64,000 nucleotides of DNA from Lama guanicoe (taxonomy: Eukaryota). Numbering within the stretch: position 1 is the first letter of the stretch; each line of letters starts with the position of its first letter. A program made the position numbers and the translations under genes. The notes under the pieces were generated by a model. The model was not told the DNA's origin, did no database searches, and was given only the letters and a program-made list of their open reading frames with translations. The DNA lies in contig MU053652.1 of the NCBI GenBank assembly GCA_013239625.1, positions 2,854,001 to 2,918,000 of the forward strand, given 5' to 3'. Below are positions 52,480 through 64,000 of the stretch, one piece after another.

Positions 52480-52645
52480 AGGCAGCATGTGTTGACAAAG
52501 AGCCCTAGCCTAAGAAAGTCAGAAATCTTGGTCCAGTTTCAGCTGTCAGTCAACTCTCTGTGTAACATAGGGAAGTCTCTTCTCTAATTTCCTGATTTAT
52601 AGAACACGGAATTGAGATGAACGCTCTCTGAGATTTGTTCTCAAC
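52480..52645 (+). mobile_element. MIR3-like fragment
   Basis: ggcagcatg...aaagagccctagcc...agtcagaaatcttgg...aactctctgtgtaacatagggaagtc. Confidence 0.55.
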
Positions 52646-55600
52646 AAATTACGGTCCCGGCAATTGACAGAGCTGGGTTGTGCTACAAATCTGTTGGGGG
52701 ACATTTCTTGGTAACTAGTTCATCTTTCCTTGTTATTTCAGTCAATCAGTATGATACCAAGTCTAGTATCTATCACACTATCACGTAATGCTCCACCTCG
52801 GACAACTTGTGCTTCTTGCCTTCCCTAACTGTTCTTAGTCTACCTCCAGCCTCCCTTCTGAAAGGCTTCTGTCTTCCCTAAGAATCTTTTTAAGAATTAG
52901 AGGTAGACTAGCTAGTAATGAAGAAATACTCAGAACTCATTCTTGTCGCTGACCTTGCCTGACCCCTTGCCCAGAGCTGTGACATTAATTTTTTTTAAAG
53001 GCTGAAATAAAAATACGAAAAGCACTTGGACAAATGTGAAGCCTTAAAGTGATAAAAGTAATAGCTATGAGGTACAAATACCTGCTCTCAACCACGTTAA
53101 TTGTTTTTTATTGGTATTAATAAATTATTGAGAAACAAAAAGCCGTAGGCCAAACCTTGTAAATTTCAAGCTGTTTATGTTAACCAACTCTGTTTTAGAA
53201 AACTAGCACTGTGTCTTAAGAGACAATGTCTTAAGTAGTTTTTGTATGGTAAAGTCATCAATCAGCCAATCCATTATACTTACTAAAGTGTTTTAACATT
53301 TACCTCCCACTTTTTGATTTCCAGAGTGAGTGAAATACCTCAGATGAAAATTTCTATGGTGTTGACATTTTCCTCTTGAGAATGTGTTTGCTGTAATAAA
53401 ATACAGTTAAAATCTGTAGAACTTGTGTAAAGTCTGGGCAAACCCATTTTTTCCTTTGTGTTCTAGGAACACACAGTACTGTATATTAAATAGAGCATAA
53501 GCAGTTATACATGGCTGCAACTGATATTCTGTATGATTACAATTATGCACTTTTTCATCTTCAAGTAACATGAAAAATATCCTTTAAAATGAATATGATG
53601 GTCTTCACAGAAACAGTTTCTTTATTAATTAAACTTTTGTTTTTCATCGTCCATTGCTTTGATCTCGTAATATTTTTAAAAACGTCCTGAGGGCTTATTT
53701 TCAAGGCTTGCAAGTGAATTTTTATTTCTCAAAAGCCGTAATACATTCACGGCTCGATGAATCCCAAAGACAGTATTTTTAAACTCCTGTTAAGTTTGTT
53801 TTTCTTAGTGTGCTAGTCTCCTGCATAATTTTCTTTGCTCTACGGGTCACATGATTCCTCCCGTCCATAACACACGCACTTAGAATTTTCACTTCCTGAT
53901 TGAGCCATCAAGATTATGTAAAATGTAAATCAGTCTAAAATACCTAAGAGCAGGAATTTTAAGGGGAAAATGCTGTTTTCTTTTTCTGTTTCATTATTGA
54001 TACCTAAAAAAATTGGAGTGTTTGCCTGTTTGTATTTGGAAACTGGAGACTTGTTAGTTTTTTTTTTTTTTTTCAGTCCCTTCCCTTTCAGATTGCATCA
54101 GACTTTGCTTTCATTATAAAAATAAAGTACCAACTAGATAGACCGTAGGAGCGGTGTAGTTGCAGGACTGAAACCAGAATGGTTCCAATTCCTGAGAGAT
54201 CTGTTCACTTTCTTACTATTCTTTTCATGATCTGAATGAAGAGTACAGCATCTCTCACAAGGTAACGCTTTGATATTTCAGAGTTGTAAGTGGCCATTTA
54301 GCCCTTCTGCTGCCTGATACAAATGAAAGTAATTTCCAGCAGGCTGGGTGACACTTGTTTTATCATGGATCTTAAAACCCCTCACATTTTCTCAAAGCAA
54401 TTTTGAAGTTGTCATAGTAACAGCATGATTTTTGGAGGGTCTTCCTAGTAGTTCTTTCGCGAGAGTTAATTAATTTTATTAACTCTGTATGTTTTTCTTT
54501 TTATTCTTCTCTGACAAACAAGGGCCATAATTGCTCAAATATGTATTTCGCGTTCTTTATTTCTTGGTGACTCAAGTCTGAGGACTTGACGTTTTGCAAG
54601 TTGTTTCAGGAAAGGAACAAGAATGTTATCAATTGATTTCAGATAAGTTAAACTTTAGTTTTTAATTACTTCTCTGTAAAATTGCACTGTCATTGTCAGA
54701 CCAAAATTTAGTTTTATTTAAGAGTTGAGTTACAGGAGATGTTCCCTCAAATTTAATTGTGGCTTACACAATTAAATTGTGTTACAAGTATGCTCTTTTA
54801 TAAAATAAATTCTTCTAGATCTAGAATAAGAATTAAGGAACACAGAAGAGAAATGTGTCAGATTTACAGGAGAAAATTATTTCTTTAAAAATACAATGCT
54901 CAGCTACAACACCAAAATCCTGTTCCACTAAAGAGAGAGAAACGGACAACTCTGACTTCGTCAACATTAAAAATGCTGCAACAATATTCTCTGAAATTGT
55001 AAAATATGCTAAAATAAATTATCCTCTAGGAAAGTTTGTGGGGAATTTTTTTTACTGGGAGAAAGTAGGTCAGGATCTTCTGTTAGTAAATCTCTGTGGC
55101 AGAAATTCTTGCCAATATGGCGAGTGGTGAGAAAAGAAGCCCTTCTCTTGGGCAGGGAGAGGGTCAGAAAAAAGAATGGTCTGTACTAGGTCTGGATGCC
55201 AGGACTTAAAAAAGGTATCAGATGTTCGATACGTTTGTTTTCTCATAAAACTGATCAGAGAGATGTGACACGTGTCAAAGGTATCACGTGAGTTCTGTGG
55301 GTTTAATGCTAATGCCAGTGCCCCTACTGTTGTGTGGAGTATTTGTTTAACCAGGGGCGATTCAAGACAGCCGGGTGGCAGTGTGTGCAGCCAACAGCAG
55401 TAAAGGTGCTAAAACACATCCAGTGATGTCAGGAGTTACAAGGCAGCGGTTTCAAAACACTGCAGTAAACAAGGTCAAAGTGTCCCGTTTTGCTGGAGGA
55501 AGGTTTGTTTTTATGAGCTGGACAGTACATGGATGAAGTAATTTTTCAAAACAAACATCAAATTTACATGTGGGTTTTTTTCCCCCCACTTTTTAGATTC

Positions 55601-55749
55601 TAAAAAATTAACCAGATGAGGCTTAGTAAGGGTTATATTTTTAAGCAGAATGATAGTTTTCCCCTGTTGTCTAAAAAATTGTTTCTCTATAATTTCCACA
55701 GAGGAAATGAAACTACTTCCGATATATAGGACTCTTAAATGCAGTTTTA

Positions 55750-56800
55750 GACAGCAGGATAGGACCTGTCACACGGCAAATGCCCGTCACAATCACGAGT
55801 AAAATACTCCATCTAATTTTGTATCTTTCGGTCTTACTTAGACAGGCGTCTAAGTATGAGAAAGCTGGTGGCGCAGAATACTGCTGATTGCGTGGTTCTC
55901 GGTCTTAATGCATTTTCCAACCTTGAACCTGAGAATGCCAGAGGCTCGAGTCTCTGGACGCTTGTTGGAGCGGTTATCCTCCGGTGGCCTGGTTCCTGAG
56001 GTAACAAGTGGGTGTCCCAGGCGTGTGTGTGGTAATAACAGCAGTGGTGCCACGTGGCGCCCAGAGGTCACCTCGCTCTGTCTGGGGGATTCCTGGTCCT
56101 CGCGGAGGCTCCCGAGAGGAACTGGGCCGGTGGGGCATCCCGAGAGGCGCAGGCAGCGTGGAGTTCCACAGCAAACCTGGACGGAAGCGTAAACACGGCT
56201 TATAAAGTGAAAGCAGGGGCCTTGAGAAAGGAATTACCCTCGTCCCGTTCCCGACCTGCTTACTGTGCTGGAAAACAAAGTAAGTTTTGTTTGTTTCTTT
56301 GTTAGTCAGTCTCTCCTACATGTTTTTTCTTGCTGACATTATTAGACACTCGATATCTGGCAAATGCCAAGGTTTTTTTTTTTTTTTCCTTCCCTCCCCT
56401 TCATTGGGAAGTAGGAGATGAAGTTTGTTAAATAGCTAATTGCTGCTTTTATCTTTCCTCTCTTCCTGGATCTAGCGTGCTGGCTGGCTTGTTAGAGACA
56501 GTAAGAGACTGCAGTTTATTATCAATGAGAAAACAAAAAGTTCTTTTTCCGCCCCCCCCCTCCTTAAATGGTTCAAGAACTTTGCCATTAATTAAATGAC
56601 AACGACACAGACAAGGCTTTTTACGTGATGCAGCCCGGAGCACATCTAGCAAAACAGCTCCAGTTCACTGCGCTTACCTACACTGGGAAGCAGGAAGGGT
56701 GCGTGTCCAAGACACGAACGAAGACGGGCTGTCCCCGTGGGGACCTGCAGACACCGGGTGGGAGTGGTCCTGGACACGGGGCTGTAATTTTATAACCAGT
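55750..56800 (+). promoter_or_regulatory. CpG-enriched candidate internal/alternative promoter
   Basis: Visible CpG enrichment in repeat-poor DNA; CGGAAG (56182), GTAAACA (56189), TATAAAG (56201), AAAGTGAAAG (56204), GGAATTACCC (56230), gccacgtggc (56049). Confidence 0.55.
56230..56279 (+). other. Candidate short non-coding first exon
   Basis: Start inferred ~30 nt after TATAAAG; ends at AAA|gtaagt donor (GT at 56280-56281); no ATG. Confidence 0.45.
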
Positions 56801-57299
56801 CAGGAAGTGCAAAGGAGCTGAAGAGTACAAATTATTTAATGATGTTGGAAAAAATGAATTTAATATAAAATGAGATTAAATATATAAAGACTGAACCTTA
56901 TCAACAGGAACTGAGCTTTCCCTTTAAGTTCCAAAGTTTCATGCCTTGCAGGTTTATGGAAAATGTTTAATAACTTAAAAAAATAATTAAGAGGCTTCAT
57001 CACCTATCCAGGAGATCGTGTGACATCAGCCTAATTCTGACACTTGGCCCTGTCTTCCGTTTTCGCTTGTTCTGTTTTTCATGTTGATCCTGTCTCCAGA
57101 GATGTTACGTGGCTTGGTAAATTTTTCATACGAAGTTCTGTGGTTTTGAAAATGCAAAAAATAGAAATGCAGAGTGGTTTTGTGATTTGAAATTAAGTTA
57201 TCCTTCTTCATAAAATGGACTGCTTTTACTGTGGAATTTTCTTGACTTTTCTCAACTTAAACCGCGACACTTTGAAGGTAGAAGGGGGCAACATGACTG

Positions 57300-57480
57300 T
57301 AGTGTGGCACCGGAAAGCAGAAATCAGGGGACTTATTTCTAAATCCAGTGTGGAATACTGTGTGACTTTCAGCTAGGGCTTCTGTGCCCTGGGAGTTCAC
57401 AGTTTATCTCAGAGTGATGATGGGACTTGAGGTGTCTGTATTTCATTTGAAACATTCCAGGCTCTCGGTAAGAATGTCTG
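57300..57480 (+). mobile_element. MIR3-like fragment
   Basis: gtagtgtggcaccggaaagcag...gggacttatttctaaatccag...ctgtgtgactttcagc. Confidence 0.45.
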
Positions 57481-59394
57481 CGATGTATTAATTTAGCAAA
57501 CATGTTTAGGTACCTTCTTTCTGTATAGCATTGTGCTCAGAGCTGTAGTTTTTCACAGTTAAATTTACGGAGATTTGGTTTGTCAATCAAAGATTGAGAG
57601 CAGTTTGAAACGAGCAGAGAGCATTACCATTGAAATGGTTTGTTAAAGATGGTGCCAAGTGAGCAGGGCTGTCCCCTTGTGAGCTGCCCCTCCTAATTAA
57701 AGGGGAAGGTGGCTGCCATCTGTCTTCTTTCATTCAAGGCAGTAGGGGGTCTAGGGTGGAAGGAAGCAACCCCCCCTTTTATTTTTCTCCCACTCTTTTT
57801 CATAGTCGGCTTTCTCCCTAGTCAGTGACCCAGAAGGTCATTGATGATCTGTCTATCTCAGAATGAATAGTAGCATAAGCATGCAAGGCACTTGCAAAAA
57901 AAAAAAAGTTTATAAAGTGCATTTATCCACTTAGAATTCTGCCTGAATTACGTCTGAGAGGGTTGTAATCTCTGGGTTGGTGTCCTTGCCTATTTTGTTA
58001 CTGAGGGCGCTACTGGCTGGGAAAGTGGGGAGTTTTGCTGATTCTGTTTTTTCATGAAAAATTTTTTACACTCCATTGGGCATAATCAGAAGATGGCAGC
58101 ATGTAGCTATCCAGTGGGAATGTAGAGGAATATTATTCTTATCAAAACCAAGGACACCTGTTAATCATTTTACACACACACACACACCCCCCATCTCACA
58201 GGAAATCATAGGCAAGGATGTTAACAGTTGTCTGAGTTACTCAGTGCAGCTTTTTGGACCAATCTTTGAAATAATTCACATTGTCCTTCAGTTAAGCAAT
58301 CAGCCTTTTAGACTCTTCCTCATGAGAATAGGTTATTAGAGAATTTAGTTAGTGTGGGGCCATGACTTTAATAACTTTTGAGACATAGAGTACTCTGACA
58401 GAATGACAGCTTTCTTGCCTCAGTTTCCATCTCTTCAAACAGAAGAAATATGTGCTGCTTTTACAAGTGTTTAAGAGAATATGAAATAATACTTCCTGTC
58501 TTTGATACAAACTTTATTACAACTGAAAAATTCTAAAATCTTTGGTTATTTTTATTTGCAGTTTTCATATAGTTAAGCAAAGCATCAACAGTTATCTAAA
58601 AAGGTTCAATCCTTAACACGTTATGTTAAGCTCCCCCAAGCAGTGGATATGGACTTCCCAGAATATGCTGATTTTTAGAACTCTTAGTGATGTCGAAATG
58701 TGTTTCTTAAACCCATAACAATATGTTTGGAAAGCCCAAGTGTGACAGTCATTGTCTGTAATTTTATTTAGGGGTTTTGGGGTTTTTTTTTCAAATTTGT
58801 GTTCAACTTGTGAAGAGTTTTCTTGAAAGCTAAGATGTGCTTATGTTGTTGAATCTGGGAGGAGCAATGTGTAGATTCTGGAGACACTGACATCAGTTTG
58901 TATGATAGGATGATACCTGAAAAGTGGCTTCCTAATCACTGAATGGTACACAGTGCTGAACAGGCAGGTCTTTTTGGCTCTTTCATGTAATTTAGATACT
59001 TCGATAACTATCCTTTTTAAGGTGTGATTTATATTAATTCAGTTTTACCCATCAGCACTTATTTCAGAGGGACTAAATAAACAATTAAATGATGTGCAGG
59101 AATGAAGTGTGACTCTGAACTAATGTAATTAATACTTTAACTTACGTAGCAAAAAACACATAGACATGCCGAAGGATGTTGCTTCCTTCAAGTACCGAGT
59201 TAGCTGGGAAGAGTTTACGCTTCTACTACAGGGATGCCATCTTTGCCAAGGATACATTTAGAACTCTGTTTGTCATTGCCTTAAGAGCCTTCCATCCTTT
59301 TTTAAAATAATCCACAGTGGTAAGAGTTCTTTGGAGGTAGGAAGGAGCCAGTAGTTAGGTCTGATGAAAAGGTTTATGATCCAATAACTGATTT

Positions 59395-59512
59395 GAGTCG
59401 TTGATTCATGTAAACATTTACTGAGCCACTGACTTACATTCCAGCAGTCAGTCGTGATTCAGAAACGAGCATGTCAGGGGCCTGGCCCTCCAGGCAGATA
59501 ATTTAGTGGGAT
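59395..59512 (-). mobile_element. L2 3' end fragment
   Basis: ttgattcatgtaaacatttactgagcc...ggcctggccctccagg...tttagtggg. Confidence 0.55.
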
Positions 59513-60279
59513 AAATGGCATATAAAGAGGTAATACCACAGATTGACACAGTGTTGCCAGAGCCGGGGGGCGGGGGGAGGTTGGGGGTGGGGGTTGTGGA
59601 ATAAAAATAAAATGTGATGGAAAAAATGAGAATTGTTGTCTGCATGATTTATAAAATGGCTTACATAATAGAATTTTGGAAATGAAAGTCCTGAAAAATC
59701 TTTTCTATTTTAAGGATGAGGAGATGGGAATTTATTTCTGAAATTCTTTAATTCTCAGCCAGTTGAAAGCCTTATAAGAAAAGGTGTTCATTCTGTAATA
59801 GACATTTTTTTTTAACCAAAAGAAGTTGTGGCTTTATAAAAGGTCAGGTCTAAAAAAGGTTTTGGACATTGTTAAAATAACGCTGTATTCTCCAAAGGAG
59901 AATGATCTTAACTTATATGTTAAAACAGAGTACTTTTGACATACTAAATATACCAAAGCATTACATGCCAGATTGATTGCTGAGAATAGCTGTCTAGCTT
60001 GTGGGAGACAGTGAATTTGGAGCTTGTCTGCATCCTAAGTATATGGTGGGAGAGAAAAGGCCTCCTCACGTCCTCTTTCGTGTTTTATTCCACGGGGACG
60101 GAATTTCTGTCCTGCAGCCAGTGGTGGATCTCCTCGTGGATAAGCTCACTTAACAGTTGTTTGCGGAGTGTCGCTCTAGGACAGGCACTGATCCGTCTGC
60201 TGAGCAGACGTTCGGCTGGTTGACTGCAGGCCCCGGAGGCTGGGGCGTCCTGAGGAGGACCCTGTAGGTCTGCACACTC

Positions 60280-63010
60280 AGCTGCCGTTTCCTGGGTGCC
60301 TTTCCTGAGCATGCCAGTGTGGGCCCGGGTGTGATGCTGTCCGCTGAGAGCTTGGAGCTAAGGTTCTGTGCACGGATCACATTAGGAGACACAGAGAGAA
60401 GAGAGAGAAAATGTATAGAAGTAGAGAAACACATCACACATTTGTAGAAAAGGAAGATCTTCTGTGGCTGGGCAGTCAAGAAATGCATGGTGGATGGATG
60501 AGTGTTTGGCCGGACATTGAAAGAGAGGTGGTGTTGGTCTTGAGGACTAGGAGAGAGCGTGTCCCAGCCCAAGGACACTTGAGCAGAGGGACAGAAAGGG
60601 ATGAGAGGGACTGGTGCACTGAGTGGGCAGTGGCTAATTTGCGGTTTCCGGATGACAGTGAGTGTATAAAAGTGACCAAGGGGAAGAGAAGGCAGCAAAG
60701 GTCTATTGAGGCTGGACCCACGAAGGCCATGAAGGGCATGTGACTGAACAATTTAAACTTAATACTAAGTCACTGGAGCAGCTGAAGCATCTCAGTCAGG
60801 AGAGTGACAGAAGGCTCTCTCCTGTAAGAAGCCTCTGGTATCAGTGTGTGGAGTGGCCTGGGCAGTGCAAAGACCAGACCCGGGGAGCCCCGTGAGGATG
60901 TTGTGATGGTTCAGGAGAGAGGTGCTGAGGGCCTGAGTGAAGGAGAAAACTGATTGGCTTGTGGGGAGGAGGATGGAGGCAGAATTACTCTAGATTTTTG
61001 AACTTAGGTGCCGTTAATTATTTCTGTGTCATTTGCCAGGCGTTTCACGTGCAGTATCTCATCCAGTCTTATCCTCTGCCTATGGGGATTCTATTGTCCT
61101 TATTTCAGAGATGAGAAAACTAAGGCCCAGGAAAAGATTTGTCTACAGTTGTACAACTAATAGGACACAGAGCGGCCCGTCCCAGGCATCTCTGGCTTAC
61201 ATACCTGCGTTCCTTCTACTGTACTAGGTTTTGAAGGGAGCGGATGTGAAACAGAAGATGATCTCTGTTCATTTTGTATGTACTCACTTTAGGTGCTGGT
61301 AAGATGCCCATCAGGCGCCTGGAGACGTGAAATTGAATCTCAAGGACAAAGTTGGGAAGATTAGAGGTAGGGGTTTAAGAATCCACTGCAAGCTCGTTTA
61401 TTCGGCACATACTCGTTGAGTGTCCTTACGGACCAGCACTGCACGGCCGTGGGAACACAGTAGTAAACGAGAGACTCGTGGTCTTACTTCGCAGAACCAC
61501 AGGCTCACGAGGGAGGCTCTGTACTGTGGGTTGACTGTAGTGCAAAGGGGAGTGCTGATTTGCTGCAGAAACACCCAGCCGCTTCTGGGGATGGGAAAGT
61601 CTCTTCAGAAAGTTGTAGTACTTAACATGACATGCACATGATGAGTGCTAAGATAGAAAGTGAGAAAAAGGCATATTCTGGGGAGGGGAACTAGAATGCA
61701 CCAAGACCCAGAGGCAAGAGAGAAACACAGTACATCTGAAGAGCGGGAAATTATGTGGGACTGGAACAGAGGAAACTGGAGATACGACTGGGGAGGCAGG
61801 CAGCAGCTAGATCAAGAAATGCCCCGGAAGCTGTGTTATGGGATCTGGTCATCCTTTTAAGGACATAGGAAAGTATTCATGAATTTTAAGCATTGGGGTG
61901 ACATGAGTTGACTCATGTTTTAGACAGATCGCTCTGTTAGAGAATAGATTTTAGGCAGGCAAGTACTGAAAGCAGGAAAACTGGTCAGGAGACTGTTGGA
62001 AGAGAGGATGCTGGTGAGAGGTGATGGTGATTCGGATAGAGAAGAGAGACTAGCTGATGTTTAAGGTAGACATTTTGGAATTTGTAGGTTGGTTGAGTAT
62101 GGAAGATGAAGAAGAAAGAGAAATAAAAGTTAACATGTAAATTTCTGACTTGACAGCTGGGTTGTTGCTGGTACTTTCCTGGGGGACTTGGTGGGAGGAT
62201 CAGATTTGGGGTTTAGGAGGATCAGGTTTGGTTATCCTGAGTAACAGCGGTGTCCTCAGTAACGAGTAAAGGGAGAACAGGGATTGGAGGTTGTGGTCAG
62301 AGAAGGATGTCTGAATTGCTGTTTCAGAAGTGAGGCAGCTCAAATGACCATCAAAAAACAAGGTCGTAAGAGTGGGCAGGCCAAGTGGAGGGGAGAGCTG
62401 GCTATGGGAGATGAGGAGGTTGAGGAACTAACACGCGTGCTGGGTGGGTTTTCACGTGGAGGTTGAAGTCACAGGTTGCTGGCAAGACTTGGAGCGGAAA
62501 GGGTCAGCATGTAGGTCAGTCACTACCTGTTGAGAAGGTGTGGAGGCTGGGCGCTGAGATGTGCACTGAAAATGTGATTTCCTGGACTGCGTGCACAGTG
62601 TCAGAGAGAGAAGAGGAGCCAGAACCCGGGGGTTGGGGGAGAAGGAACGGGACCTGGGACTTACCCCTGAGAGGAGCTAAGGGGTGGGAGGGGACCACGG
62701 AGGAAGTTTTCAGAGAAGGAATCAGGGAATTTCGGAGTTGTAGAAGGCCAGCGGAGGTCGGTACAGGGGGAGAGGAAGTGTTGAACGGTGCTGAGGAGGG
62801 GGAGCTGTAAGAGGCCTTAGGATTGCTGAGCCCAGGGTCATGCGTGCCTTTAAGGGAGAGGTTCTTTGAGGTGATAGAGGTGGGAGGGGCCCGTCAGAGG
62901 TGAAGGAGTGAGCAGAAGTCAGTAGGTACAAGCAGCAAGTATAACCTACACTTGAAACAAATTTTAGGTTGAAAGAAAAGACAGAGAGGCTCATGGTAGC
63001 TTGAGGTTGT
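60280..63010 (-). mobile_element. Cluster of L2 LINE fragments (nested)
   Basis: Purine-rich antisense L2 motifs (ggagagaggtgctgagggcctga, ttttagacagatcgctctg, gagaggtgatggtga); a second L2 3' end starts at ~61395 (tttattcggcacatactcgttgagtg). Confidence 0.7.
61025..61228 (-). mobile_element. MIR within the L2 cluster
   Basis: tatctcatccagtctt...ttatttcagagatgagaaaactaaggcccagg. Confidence 0.75.
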
Positions 63011-63019
63011 AGCATCTAA

Positions 63020-63218
63020 TATTGAGTCCGACTGGTTTATATTTTTTGACAGTCTTCCAGAATTCTCTGCTGTGTGTCCTTGGTCAAATTATTTGCCCTT
63101 TCTGTGCTTCATTTGTAAAATGAGAAACTGCCTCAGAGGGTTGTTGTGAGGATTAAATGAGTTGTTAAGCAGCACCTTACCTTGCACATGGTGAGTCCTA
63201 TATGAATGATACTAGTGA
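63020..63218 (+). mobile_element. MIR
   Basis: gctgtgtgtccttggtcaaatt...catttgtaaaatgag...cctcagagggttgttgtgaggattaaatgag. Confidence 0.85.
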
Positions 63219-63845
63219 AAACAAAGTAGGAAACATGTATATCAACCGTCACTTTTCAGGCCCTTTTCCCTGAGTATTCACAATAATTCTGTCATGTAAG
63301 TGGGAGCGACCTCATTCACTCCCACTTCCACTACAGAGGCCTGGGGAGTTGGAAGTAACGCATTTTAGATCGCACTGCTGATGAGCGGTAGGACTGGGAG
63401 ATGGGGCTCCCTCGGCCTGACTTGGGATTAATGGTCCTCTCACTGGACCATGGTGTGTCCTTGGGCTGTTGTGGAAGGACGTTGGCCTTGGAGCCTTCCG
63501 TGGCAAGAAGCCGAGGCGCACTTGAACGTGGGGTGTGCGTGACCCCCTCCCGGTTCGTCCTGCTCATCTGTCTCACCTGTCTGGCCCTTACAGGTGCTGA
63601 GCTTGCAGCCCTTGTTCTAAAGGCTTGTTCTTTACGTGGACTGGAATGCGTTTTCCTGACTCTTCCTGCTGTTCAGATGCCACCTTCTAGATCTGCTTTA
63701 ACTTAGAATTCATCTCAAAAAAAATGGATCCCTCATTGGAATTTCTCGCCTTTCATCTGTTCTCAGAAAGTGAAGGTGCCATGCATCCTAGAGGCTTTTC
63801 CTGTAGCGAAGTTCCATCTGAGTAGCATCTCTTTTGAAAGGATAG

Positions 63846-64000
63846 TATGATGGTTAATTTTATGTGTCAAAACTGGGTAGGTCAGATATTTGGTGAAACA
63901 TGAGTCTAGAAGGTATAAAAATACCTGTCGAAGGTATTTTTTAACTGAGATCAACATTTCAATCAGTTGATGCCGAGGTAAGCAAATTATCCTCCATCAT
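63846..64000 (+). mobile_element. MLT2 (ERVL) LTR 5' part, running off the window end
   Basis: tgatggttaattttatgtgtcaa...cagatatttggtgaaaca...gagatcaacatttcaatcagt...gtaagcaaattatcctcc. Confidence 0.8.

Noticed and set aside
52628..52650. Short hairpin atttgtt-ctc-aacaaat, and a similar small palindrome near 27695-27720
   Set aside because: Too short; expected by chance and not pre-miRNA-like
60150..60698. 182-aa ORF, the longest in the track
   Set aside because: Lies largely in degenerate L2; low-complexity Ser/Pro/Leu content and no family match I recognise
1..64000. CRISPR arrays, operons, tRNA/rRNA/snRNA genes or a novel multi-gene system
   Set aside because: Mammalian repeat-rich non-coding DNA; I saw no repeat-spacer arrays, structural RNA genes or gene-dense coding architecture

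Overview
This is non-coding mammalian DNA, not prokaryotic. The repeat content suggests a cetartiodactyl, probably a camelid (inference): cetartiodactyl-type L1 3' ends and a Tigger1-derived MITE are present, and I saw no Alu, B1/B2, Bov-A/tA/BovB, PRE1 or Can-SINE. No convincing host protein-coding ORF is present. The six-frame ORFs look spurious or transposon-derived; only 49394-49959 is clearly recognisable, as L1 ORF2 C-terminus. The window looks like the 5' intronic region of a large + strand gene that I cannot name. Support: two well-formed micro-exons (21529-21582, 27295-27350), weaker exon candidates, and a CpG-enriched candidate internal promoter at ~55.2-56.8 kb with TATA/ETS/forkhead/IRF/kB/E-box motifs and a splice donor at 56280. 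The rest is a mosaic of MIR, L2, L1, CR1/L3, LTR and DNA-transposon relics. All repeat family names are by-eye recognition, not RepeatMasker output, and their ends are approximate unless a TSD is given. I found no evidence for a novel multi-gene system. The best second-look items are the candidate promoter, the micro-exons, a TSD-less and tail-less L1 fragment inside an older L1, a very young 91-bp L1 insertion with a perfect 15-bp TSD, a 37-bp inverted-repeat stem, an antisense mini-intron-like segment, and a CR1 reverse-transcriptase fossil.
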